A stretch of DNA of 61,814 bases, the filler included, from Sphacelaria rigidula (Eukaryota): the NCBI GenBank assembly GCA_964200075.2. It is 7 parts of 7 records of this genome, joined end to end, with 100 filler letters (N's around TTAATTAATTAA, not from the genome) between each part and the next. Parts side by side here need not be neighbours in the genome. Positions count along the whole stretch, not along the records: positions 35,382 to 44,126 come from CAXNAA020010214.1; positions 44,227 to 52,970 come from CAXNAA020010215.1; 5 more parts are not named here. One strand, written 5' to 3'. Of the stretch, positions 35,382-47,086 are shown piece by piece. The notes below the pieces were generated by a model that did not search any database, was not told where the DNA came from, and saw only the letters and a program-made list of their open reading frames with translations. How positions within the stretch are numbered: the stretch's first letter is position 1; every line of letters starts with the position of its first letter. A program made the position numbers and the translations under genes.

Positions 35382-38300
35382 GTTTTCCCTGTTTGGGGGT
35401 CAAAAGGCGGGTCAAACGTCCCAAAAGTGAACAATCCGTGGGCCAAAAACGTATTTGCCATAACATCCGGCCTAATGGACGGGTATACTGTCGCATACAT
35501 GGAACTACCAGTCAGTTTTTAGAGTCCTCCGCACCAGACAGATGCAGTTAACTCCGGAAAGCTCATGCACGAGAACTCCAAGGGACAAGATCTTGACGCT
35601 CCAGCGTCACTATACCCAGCAGTTCCTTAGTTCAACCCTTGTCTGATGTATTGGGCCCGATATCGAATCGTCCGGATGGGCTATTTTCGGGGTCCAAGTA
35701 GAGGCATTTTTCACCTTGGGATCAGGGTTGCTTTCTGGATCACACTTTCCGAAAACTCTCTGGATTTGCTCAGACGAACCCGGTGTCACTCTAATCTTCG
35801 CACCTTCTGTTTTGAGATGATCCGTAGTAATAACTGCCCAAGGAGGTCGTGGCAAGCGCACCCCAGTGGTCAGTTCACCACAACACTAGCCGCTGATTTT
35901 GCGGCAGACTCGCCTGGCTCGGCAAACCCATTTTTGTCCCCGAGTGTGATCCGATGACCCCAGTACCAGAGACAACATTTTGGGGGTAATGAAATACCCC
36001 ATCTCGTACATTTTCCCAGAGTCTCTAGAAAGGTGGTACCAACCCCATCGCTGCCAAGGCGTCAGTTTGTGTTCCCATCTATACCCGCTGCCTATTTTTG
36101 TGTGACGGGTTTCATGTGCCAACCAAGGTGCTCTGTAGTGATGGATCAGGGTTCAAGAGACTTTCGGGATTTGCGGGTATGCTCATTTGTCGGAGTTTGC
36201 GAGATAATCAAGGATGTGATACTTCAGCTTCGCATGGACGTATAGTCGTCCCGCGGCATACAAGCTCACACGAGACATCATCAGCTTTGAGGAGGACAAA
36301 GCCGCGCCGTATCAGCAGGCAAGGATACATGAACCGTGTTTGACGGGCGTAGGCGGCGCATACCGCCAAATAATTTGTACACAATACTGCTCTTCGAACA
36401 AATCGTATCAGTCATTGGTAAACATGCGGCACGATCCGCAAACGCACAAAATTTCAATTGAAGATGCACTACGTACAATAATGGTCAGACTTATCCGATG
36501 GTCCAAAAGCACGGAACAGTTTTACTCTTGATGGCCAGGTAATTGAAGATCATTCATGAATAAGCCCAAGCGGACTATTTCGGATTAGCGAGGCACATCA
36601 TCAAACCAGCCACAACTACCGCTTACGACGCAAAAACAGATTAGATGCTTACTGCGGTCGCTCTGGTCCAAGACTGGCCAATCTGTGCTCCGGACACCAA
36701 AGGAGAGGGCAGAATTTACACCGTGTCATTGTGAGGGGTCGAATTTCCATAAAGTTGTTCCCATCAGATCGGCGGTGTGTATGTCGCCGGCTACTGTCCA
36801 CAGCACTCAAGGGTGATTGTACGCAAGTGAAGCAGCAACGTGGAGATATATTAGGGAGAGAACTGGATGGAGAAAAGTCGTCGCGCGGAAGATTGGAATG
36901 AGGGTCAGACCGGGAAAAGGGACAGATGATCGCAAATGATTGTGATCGATGCATTCGGAGCCCACCGGCACGACCTCTCGGACGTCGTACTTCATCATCA
37001 AACCCATGGGGGAATGAAACAGAAAGGATGAGTCAGGCCACAGTCGGAAGTGCTCGATTATAGAACTACCATTACTGACGTGGGAGATGTGTTACTATGC
37101 GTGTCGCCGTTCACACATGCAGCCGACGACTTCACGGGCAGTAGGTTGAGAACTGGGGCGGTGTATGCGTGTCTTGACTCTGGTCACCAGTGGATTATTT
37201 CAGCGTCTCCACTGCAGCAGATTTCTACACAAGAAATCGGACTACAAGACGACGCAATGGCAAACACGGATCGCAATCAAAGAACCGACTGCCCAAACTT
37301 GGAGGGTTCAAAGAGTCAAACCTTCCTGAGTTAGCGCAGATTCAAACTCGTGGTTGACGAATATTGGAGCACCCTCCGAAAATGCGAAGTTATCTAATCG
37401 GAAGATTTTCCAAGACGCAGAGAAAGGCGATGAGGTGGGTACTGTATGGTGCAGAGTGTGTCGTGCCCAGTTCCAGTAAATTTCCGCGTGAAGGTGTACA
37501 CTCAGACCCCTCGTGTGCAATGTCTGAGATCATGGGTTACAGTAGCGTTCACACTCTACGCACAAGCAATGGGAAAAGTGGTCCTACATGGCATTTGACC
37601 CCAACGGACGAAATACGCCGGAGGCGCAGGGTTGGAAATTGTGTCTTTCAGTATCACAGAAAGAACACTTACTTCACAGCGCGCTATCGCGTACGAGGGA
37701 CGTCGAATGGCGTGATGACGCTATGGAGGGACAAAAATGCACAGGGCGACAAAGAAATTTCTTCAGTTGAGGTTGAACAAAAAACAGGAGAGTTGTCTGG
37801 TCTACGGTGGGATGTGTGAAGCAAGATTCGACGCTGGCAAGTAGCGAAAACACACAGAAATTTACTGCTTCCTGCAAAATACCCGTCAATTTTCAAACCT
37901 CAAAACGAATGCTCGTCGAAGCACAAAGACAGTGCAAGTTTTTCTTTTTCGTCACATCTTAAACCCCTCCCCTTCCTCGAGACTAGTCTGTAGTCTCAAG
38001 GGACCGACCCTTTTCTCCTCAGGTACACGTCTTGCAATTTGGTATCCTGCACCGCGTGGATTACTATCAAATAAACTCCTACTGCTACTCACGTTCTCAC
38101 GTTTTGAACGACGAAAATCGTATACTGTTCAGGACAAAACTACATGCATCTTGAACCGCGTTTCTCCGAACTAAAGGTGTGAGTTGTACTATGAGACCAT
38201 CGGAGCGCGGCGGCAAAGGATGCACACTTATAAAAATGCAGAAACAAATACCCAAGTCGCATCTACGCATGTGTATAAAGCACCATCAACAGAGCAACAA

Positions 38301-39214
38301 ACGCAAGCTACGCCATTGAGGTATCTCTCCCCGTGTGTCACTGACGGGCCAACAACACAAGGGTTTCAGACGAGGGCTAGGCACAAATCCACTTCACTTG
38401 GCATAGAAGACTGCGGGCGTTTCATGAATACACCTGGCATACCCTACGGCAACGTCAAAGAACCAGGCCATTGGTACTCGTATCCAGAATGGCGAGCGAC
38501 AATCCCACTTCATCTCCTCACGGCTTCCTCACACGACTACCTTACCAGTACCGCTCGACCGTGGTCGATTTCTCGCTCCTACCGACATATGCTCAGTACA
38601 GATTGACGTGCCCCGCAAGAAGTACATGCTTGCCCCTACAACTCGGCCCTCCGTTCGAAGCACGTAAGAAAGACATCCGACATGGAACCAAAGTACAACA
38701 CAGCCATCCCGAGTCACGGGAATTCTTCACAGCGTACACAGTACGGACATACATGCGAGCTCCTCCCTTCAGACAAAAGGCAGCATTAACAGAACATGCA
38801 GGAACCCACCCCGACTGCACCGACAGAGCACTCTCCGCATTCACCTGAACCCAACACTCATCATGTATCGCTCAGCTGACCTTCCACAACCTTCCGGCAT
38901 CCGAGGCGTTCCTGGCTTCCATCTCCCACTGGCCCCACCCGACAGAAAACAAAACAGAGTAACTTCGACTCCCCGCCCAGAATGACTCCATAACTGCCCG
39001 GGTGCCTCCTAGGCTCCGCACCACCAGTACCAATCGCTAACGTCGCCGAGCGCCTGGGCAGCATCTCCATGCACACGCCTTTCCCGCCCGCGCGCGCGCC
39101 AGCAGATCTATATCCTGCGCGCCAGCTGCCGCGTCCGTTCAATGCGCCGCCGACACTCCAGCCGTGCCCTTCGCAAAGGCGGGGCCCACGGGTCCTCGCA
39201 ATGCTTATTGCGAA

Positions 39215-40432
39215 TCAAGCCGTCGTCTCGTCGGGGGAGACTAAAGGGCGGGCGCGCTTACCGCCGGCTGCCGCAGGCGACTCGGAGTTATCTTCATCCA
39301 TTGCACTGCCCATGTCGTCGCCACCGGCTTGGCGCCGCTGGAAGAATTTCTGCACCTCCTTTCGCTGGGTGGCGAGCAAAGCCTTGCGCTCCCGTCGGTG
39401 CCTGGAGTGCATCTCTTGCATACCCTCCAGCAATGTTTCATGCTTCAGCAGGCCATCGATTTCTTTTGTTTGTTTTTCAAACTGGGTCCGCACCTCGGTC
39501 TCTTCGTCCTCTCCTCCCGCCGGCGCATGAGATGCCGCCCTCGACGTCGGCGCTGCGGCGGCAGCATGCCCATTGGACTTGCCGCTCTTGTCGGTGACAT
39601 AGACCGGCTCTTCGGTATCGCCGTCGCTCGCACGGTCCTCGTCCATCGCCGACTCCTCCCCTGCACTTTCTTCCCTGGCCCGTTTTCCTTTGCCACCACC
39701 GCTGCTTGACGACTTTCCGCTCCCCGACGCCTTCGATCCCGGTGTACTGCTCCCTGCAGCAGCAGCACCGCCAGATTTTCGCCGGGGCTTGGGCTTGGGC
39801 GGCTCGATGGGCTTGATTTCCTCCGGGGGCTTGGTGCCGCGTTCCCGGGGGTTGTACTCGAAGGGAGCGCGCCCAAAGTTGAAAACGACGGCCTGACCGA
39901 AGTGCAGCGAAGCCGCGGGGTACAACCCTTTTACCTCATCGTCGTTAAGCGTGAAGGCGGGGCCCAGGTCTTGTCCGTTCAAGCTGAACGATATTTCCTT
40001 GGTTTCGATGTCCAGCAGTACACCCACCATGTCCCCGGCCTTCCACCGCTGCCCGTACATGTTGCTTATCTGCCTTGTGCGCTTTCGGCGCCGCGCGCCG
40101 TCAAACGCCCAGCTCGGCATCACGTCGCCTACCCCTGGGCGCTCCGGTTGATTCTCTACACCTTCGTCAAAACCAGGCCCGGCCAACCCAAGCACCACCG
40201 ACCCACCAGACTCGACCCGAGCCTCGTAGTACAGCCGGGAGCCTGAGAACGTGGTGGCATCGCCCGCCCCGCACGCGAGGCGCACTGTGAGGATATCTGA
40301 TACAGCGTTGTCCTTGGTGGTGACCCTGTATAGTCCGTCCATTTCTTCTGTGAGCATCTCCCCGCGCAACAGGACGATCGGGCAGGGTATGGACTCCTCC
40401 CCCATCATTTCCATTTCCACCTCATGAGCCAT
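39215..40432 (-). CDS. SPRY (B30.2) domain protein, 405 aa, single coding exon, low-complexity linker and C-terminal coiled coil
   Basis: Longest ORF in the window, GC-rich. SPRY motifs LYYEARV, GVGD..SWAFDG, YGQRWKAGDMVGVLLD, ISFSLNGQDLGPAF, LYPAASL and FNFG..PF.Y. Confidence 0.92.
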   Translation of the reverse strand: MAHEVEMEMMGEESIPCPIVLLRGEMLTEEMDGLYRVTTKDNAVSDILTVRLACGAGDATTFSGSRLYYEARVESGGSVVLGLAGPGFDEGVENQPERPGVGDVMPSWAFDGARRRKRTRQISNMYGQRWKAGDMVGVLLDIETKEISFSLNGQDLGPAFTLNDDEVKGLYPAASLHFGQAVVFNFGRAPFEYNPRERGTKPPEEIKPIEPPKPKPRRKSGGAAAAGSSTPGSKASGSGKSSSSGGGKGKRAREESAGEESAMDEDRASDGDTEEPVYVTDKSGKSNGHAAAAAPTSRAASHAPAGGEDEETEVRTQFEKQTKEIDGLLKHETLLEGMQEMHSRHRRERKALLATQRKEVQKFFQRRQAGGDDMGSAMDEDNSESPAAAGGKRARPLVSPDETTA

Positions 40433-40775
40433 ATTTACTACGTATTTCTGGTGTGCCTATGAGCGTCAAACGCGAAAAGCGCACCTGACAGCGAGTGGCG
40501 TGGCCTTGTTGTTCTCTTGGTGCGTGTGCTTTCCTGTTCTTGGTCTCCTCCCACTTTCACAACACTATTAACTGTTGTACTGTGCCGTCGGTGAGCGCCA
40601 AGTTCGAAATTTGTTGTACAAATACGGACAATGGGTCATCATCTACTGAAATATTGGAGTATGACTCTCTGGAATCATCATAGCGATCGGATCACCTCAG
40701 TACATACATACACAGCTGTAGACGGGCGTTACCGACTACGTTCAGTTTTCGTGTCTGGACTCGTGCAAGGGTTCC

Positions 40776-42690
40776 ATGGCCGCGGTCACAACAATGCTAG
40801 CATCCGCTGGAAGGTAAGAACCACCATATATAGTGGGTTGAGAAGCTCCACGAACGATCTTTGTTATGATGGATCGCGCGTCAAGACGGCTTTCGACACA
40901 CCCACCAGCGTTCTTTTCGCGGTGCTGTATTTTGTGTTGTTGTACCGTTGCACTGTACTGCAACCTGACCAGGAGATCAGCATCGCGAGCGCCATCGATA
41001 GTAGCAAGAGCAAGGCTTGAGCATCAGGCGACCTCATCAGGTATGGGGCACATAATTCCCTGGGCACCTCTGTGCTATCTATCGCTTTTCGAGGCAGGCA
41101 GCGTGTCTTGCCTCCCACCTACCGGTAAGGATACTCTGTTCAAACCGTTTAAATTCCGATTTTTTCCGCATTTTACCTAAAAAGTCACTTGAATGTCGTT
41201 CAATTCGGATGTTGAATGCCTTGCAATGTACTGTTTGTTGTTCCGTCTATAGGCTGTACTATATTCATCGTCTGTCTGCACGGTCTGCACGGTCTGCACG
41301 AATAGAGTTCTAGTGTGCGGTAAGGAGCAGTTGCACACCTGCCACCATGACCGTGACGGAGATCTCATTGCTGGCTCGATGCTCCACCCCCTTCCTACGG
41401 TTGTGCTATTAAAGCAGCTTTTTTGTCAAGCTTACGGGACCCCGCCCCGCGGAATTACGGGGAAATCCCGACCACCGTGGAGAAGCGATCCTCGGCGAAG
41501 GATGCCTTAGAGCAATCGTGTTACTTCAAGGTCAGTGTGTCTTGTCCTGCACCAACATGACGATGGAGTTCTTCACCTTTTTTCTCGCAATCTGTTGCAC
41601 AATCACACGGTTAGGGTCGTGTGAACAAACATCTCGGGGTTGCTTGTGCAGTCAGTCATCCGGGACGAGAACAATCTGGCTTATAGGAAGGCCCTCGCCC
41701 GGCACAGCACGGCTGAAAACGACCTTTTGTAGGCGCCAGGATGGTTCAGCTCAACAATTGCAATCCTTTTATGCTGGATTATCTCAGCCATACTTTGCTA
41801 CATGATGGGCTATAACTCGTGATCGCCTCGATTTAAACCGGTACACCTCGCTGACCACGTTGTCTACTTTCCGGACGCCCCCCCGAATACAGATCGACTT
41901 CGGCATCGCGGAGGATGCGATGGTGTATGAGGCTGTCCAGCGGTTTGCGGCCTACAACATTGGGGCGCTGGCTGTCACAAACGCAGAGGGAAAGATCATA
42001 GGGATCGTTTCAGAGCGTGATTACGTCTCGAAGGTGATCCAGTGCGTCGTTGCGGCGACAAGAAGGTGGACCAAACAAGAACCGTAGCTGTAGCGATCCT
42101 TTCACAAGAGAGAAACGCTCTGGGTCGGTAACGCGCGTTGTTGGTAAGGCATGCAAGGTATGGTGTTCTGTATATGAAATGAAATTGTGGACATATCATT
42201 TCGGGAACGACCATCAATTGGGCAAAGTGCGGTAGTGTTTCCTGTACCCTGGATTGGTACTCGCAGTCATCTTTTTGCGTTTATGAAAAGCCTACCGTAA
42301 TACGTGGCCTATGACGTGACCCGGTAACCCGCGCCGATTTTCGTCGAGAACATGCGAATATCAACCGGTGGTACTAGCACCAAGTTTGAGACCGACCGTG
42401 ACATGATGGGGCTGCGCTCTCCGTGGACAACACTTTCTCGTTTTTTGTCGCTGATATGTCCGTCAGCAAGCCGGCAGTTTTTGCACGAGTCCCTCATCAC
42501 TCATCATGCGCTGTTCGCGCAGGTTGCTCTGCTAGGGAAACACAGCAAAGACACTCCGATAAAGGAGGTTGCGACGATGGGCGCTAATTTGGTGATAGCA
42601 CACAAGAGCGACAGCGTTCAAGAGTGCATGTCCAAGATGGTTGATAGAGATATCCGACATCTTCCTGTTGTCGATGATGAATCAGGCCAG
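40776..42690 (+). CDS. CBS-pair protein (CBSX3-like) with a probable mitochondrial presequence, 3' end missing; exons 40776-40813, 40973-41040, 41418-41530, 41893-42033, 42523-42690
   Basis: All introns are GT-AG with matching phases (2, 1, 0, 0). The protein reads MAAVTTMLASAGRRSASRAPSIVARARL...SCYFK-IDFGIAEDAMVYEAVQRFAAYNIGALAV...GIVSERDYVSK-VALLGK...MVDRDIRHLPVVDD, with classic CBS motifs. Confidence 0.9.
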
Positions 42691-44126
42691 GTATGTATTT
42701 TTCTCGCCCAATTTTCGGAGAATTTTCGAGGCCCCATGTGCTTCAAAGTTTTGCTGTTCCGTCAAGTTCTGCCGCATGTACCTCAACCCGTTCACCGTCA
42801 GCTTCGTCCCGAAACAGTATCGCAGCCTGACAGTCCTGATCCTTTGGGTAGGGGGAGGGGGGAGATGCTGATTCTCAAATGATCGGGAAAAGCTTTCAGA
42901 TGTACCAGTCGGTTTCTCAGAAGGTTCTTATGCCGAGCAACAAGCCTGAAAGGGATAAAGTTATCATTCCGACAGTCTCGTCTTTGGCCCCCACGGTGGT
43001 CGATCTGGGTATTAGATACATATTTTGAGTGAAGTGATGACGATTGAACAGGTCAGCTACCCTAGCGGTTAACCCACCAGGGTGGGCGACCTGGGTCTCA
43101 GTCAGTTTTCAGATGAACATGACGCCGCTACAACTGATTACCCACTCTGGCGGTGAAGGTATCACTGGTCCAGTGATTCATCGTGTTGCCTACAAACCGC
43201 CTACACGTGGAGTTCTAGCTGGATTTGACCGAGGATCACTCGAGTATTGAACCACCGGAAAACATGAGGTACTTTGATCTTCCATGGTCATTGCGCCCTA
43301 CCTGCTCCACATTACGATGACTAGATAGCTGAACACTGTCGTACAGCACGAGATGGAGATATAAATAGCATGAACTGCGTGCAGTTGATGACGATGGCAC
43401 TCTGATTGCTTTACACCACTAATTGGTTCAGCCGCTGATGGGAAAAGTGTTTGCGCGCACTTCAGTAGCAATACAGTAGAGTACATCTGAGACGATGTGG
43501 CGTGCGGTGCAACATCGAAATCTGATCGAGGGGTACCATCACGTTTCTCCGAGAGTATCAGGCTTCAAAAGCATAGGTAAAGAATATGCTGTTTAAGGAT
43601 ATCGCAGCAGTAAAATGGTGGCCAGCATGCACCACTTACGAAGTGTGACACACTTTCACCACACGAAAATGAGTCAGCGAAAACGCGCCTGCACCGGACT
43701 TGACGTAAAGTCGGTCAGATATTCACCTCCACTACCTTACGTACAATCGCTCAACGTCCACGCGTTTATGTTAATGGGCGTGTTGTGTCACTCGAAAGAT
43801 ACATGTTTCGAAGCCACATTAATCGTGGGCGATTGCGGCCAACCTGGGGATCGCGGTCGAAGGGTCATCTGGAACCGTAGATTGCAAAGTATAACAGACA
43901 CTTTCTACGATAGCCCCCCCAAAAAAACCAGCTAAAAGTGTCACGAAAAAAATGACCATACAGCGCCTGATGTTCGGGTTCAGGCTGCCATGAAGCGCCT
44001 CATATTGGCGACATTGGCAAGAACGAACCCAAGCGTGGGAGTTCCCAGCTTCTCGTTGTGCTTAGCTTTTTCCATTTCGATTTACGTGAACACTTCGCCT
44101 CCCAAAACCATGCACTTTTGGGGGGG

Positions 44127-44226
44127 NNNNNNNNNNNNNNNNNNNNNNNNNNNNNNNNNNNNNNNNNNNNTTAATTAATTAANNNNNNNNNNNNNNNNNN
44201 NNNNNNNNNNNNNNNNNNNNNNNNNN
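44127..44226. other. Artificial contig linker
   Basis: N44-TTAATTAATTAA-N44. Confidence 0.98.
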
Positions 44227-46863
44227 GTCTAGAATCGTTAGGAGCCTCTGAACCAGACAAAATTTCGCGAAAAAAGTGCACCCCTACCGTAGCATTGCTC
44301 ATTGGTGTTGTTTCCACTCATTTTTTTACGAATTTCGCTGTTCCTTCCCGTACATCCAAGTACACTTCTTCTGTTTATCCTAGCTTTGGTATACAATCAC
44401 ACCCATCGGAAAACGTTTCTTAATCCTATCGTCAAGGTACGAGCCTGCTCGTATCACGCCCATGTTGCCTACATGTTGTGTACTACTTTGTCTACGTGAA
44501 CATCTCTCAAGAACAGATATGTTCATCTCTACGCCACGGTTTTTGTACCCTGAAGAGGGGGGGAAGGGTGGGACATCAAATGATGTACTGTAGTCAGTTG
44601 TTCATGTACTTGTGTATATTGCAGCTGATGCGCAAGCGTGCAAAGCCCTGCTTGTATTCCTCTTTTTGCATTGCGTCCTTCAGCCAGTAGTGGTCGAGAG
44701 CTTCGGAAACACGATTTTCGTTCAAGGCGTAACGTCTGACGGCGTTCACCTCAATCAAGTTGGCAAGAACGAAACCTGTCACTCCATCTCCCGACAGTGT
44801 CGGTCGCTCATCCATTGCATGACAAACAGGGAGTTTCGAATCGAGCTGGGCAATGCTGAGGCATCAGTGCACTTCGTGCGCGAAATCTCGTCTGGTGGAG
44901 AGGCTTCTAACGACTATGGATGCACCGGAGTATGGGTCAGGGCATTCCCGTTTGCAACCTCATCTGAAATATCTTCAGCACGTCGGGATCGGGATCTTGT
45001 AATACCCTCACACTTCTTTCACAACAAGCCCTGCGGATGAGGTGAACGGCCCCTGCCAATTTCGACCCCAGGAAGTATGTGCGCTCCCACCGTCATGTCA
45101 TTTGTCAAGTTCATGTGTAAGACGTAAGGTAAACGTGTCTCGTATCGGAACATTGTGGCATGACTGGTCCAAGGGTACACAGTCCTCCCCCTCCTCGGTT
45201 ACGAGTCATTTAATCTCTGTACCTACAATATTTGCAAGTAACCGATCGGTCTAGGGTCATGGGCAGTGTACTCGGTTACCTGCATGTGGGAACAAGTGCA
45301 AGAGATTCGCTCGAGAGTTTCGTAGAAGCGATCAATTCTGCGCTCCACTGCTTTTGCAGCACTTGAATCTGCCAACTTGCATGTCTTCGAATGATGCCGT
45401 TGTATGTATGTACATCATTACGGGGAAAAAAAAAAGTACACAATATGAAGAAATGATCGAGATAGAGCGAATAATAGACGTGATTCGATGTCACGAGAGT
45501 TTTGTTGACTGCCGAATGCTAGATTTTTTCCCAAGAGTTGACAGGTCAAAAGACGTCGTTGAGTGTGCGGCAACAGTTTCATTTGTAATTTCTACATGAG
45601 TGATGCGAGCATGCATGCTGACCAGTTTTTCGTCGGACGCATTGCCCCTCAGTATTCTCATCATTTCTCGCGGTTGTGGTCATGGAAGTGCAACTGCTTG
45701 CACCAAGCACGGAGCGAGCTACTCATCCGTCGCCAGATGTCCGCGTGTTGTGCGCACCAGCTCACTGATCTGTTGAGATTTGCCGACAAAAGCACCAACG
45801 GGGGCGCTTTGATCCCATGGAAAAAACACGTGTGGGTGTCTGTACATTTGTTTTCATTAAGGGACGTGAAATGTTACTCCGTCAGGTATCGAGGATTACG
45901 TCCCGGAAGCGAACAACGGACAGGCCTCAAGAGCACCATCCATCGAACACTCCTGCTCATATCAAAGGTACATGAAAGGAGACATCTGTTGCGACCTCCG
46001 CTGGCGACACATAAAAAAAAGCGGTTGCCAGATAGAGAGGCACATCCTACAAAACCTCACGCCAGCATTGCCCTCTCAATCTCGTCCATGTAGCGACCAT
46101 ACTCTCTCCAAACACTTCGGTTTTCGCCGTGTTTCTTCTGAAAACGATCTTAAATGCCATCAAAAATACAACTACGCGCCCGGATGACATGAGTACGTCA
46201 CGTCACCTCTGTACGCTCAACACTTAAATTACTCGACAAAAATAATACAACGACGCCAACACGTGACGGACGACAAATCCATTCAAATAACACAATGTAA
46301 GAATCACTGAAAACGAAAGACGGCGACGCGGATCACGGCAATTTGCCGTGAACTCTGCCTACACAACGGGATGCCATCAGTGCTGTGAGCCGTCCCGCTG
46401 AGTGTCCAAGGACAAACACCGAATAAAATCCTACCGTGTGGAGAACAAACCCAAAATGACGCACACACACATACTGTACACACACCACTCAGGCCCCCGA
46501 GCAAAGAGGTGACGAAATAGTGTTTCACCGGGCCTACAGCCACGCTGCTGGCCTCAATGCATGGCATCTATACCGCTCGGCCCAAAACCGCCTCACCCCA
46601 AAACATTACAAAACCTTGTGCACAACCGCGTGCTCCTCACGCGCCAAGGTCGGGGGCACCGGAGTTGGCCGCGGGCATCTTCGACCACTGAAACCGGCAC
46701 CATCAGATTCGCATTGCGCGCTTCTATACGTGCGAGCGATGCCGCCGGCACTTGAGTGCAATATGTCCTTCCGGCAAAAGTGTCGCCCTTGCCTCCTGTT
46801 GTTGTCAAGGACGCGAATCCATGGTGATGGTAACGTGAGCCGAACCCTTCCCGTTGTGTGTAT

Positions 46864-47086
46864 TTATATCATGGGCATGGCCGCCGCCCCAGAGAGCAGC
46901 GCCGCTACGCCGGCGATAGTTGCAAAAGCAGCGGAGAATGTGGGACCGACTCGGTTGGAACTGGAGGCGGAGGGTGTGGACCGTTCCATATCAGGATCAG
47001 CCGAGGGAGCCATCGTGGGTGATGCGGTTGGCGTCATCGTCACCTCTTGTTGAAGATCCCGTGTCGCCCCCTGGGCCTCCAATAAA
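46864..47086 (-). CDS. Last exon of a small secreted Ser/Thr/Pro-rich protein with a hydrophobic C-terminus
   Basis: Acceptor caacag, phase 2. Reads LLEAQGATRDLQQEVTMTPTASPTMAPS...SSSNRVGPTFSAAFATIAGVAALLSGAAAMPMI-stop. Confidence 0.68.

Noticed and set aside
39069..40290. Several plus-strand ORFs overlapping the SPRY gene
   Set aside because: They are antisense shadows of a GC-rich coding sequence.
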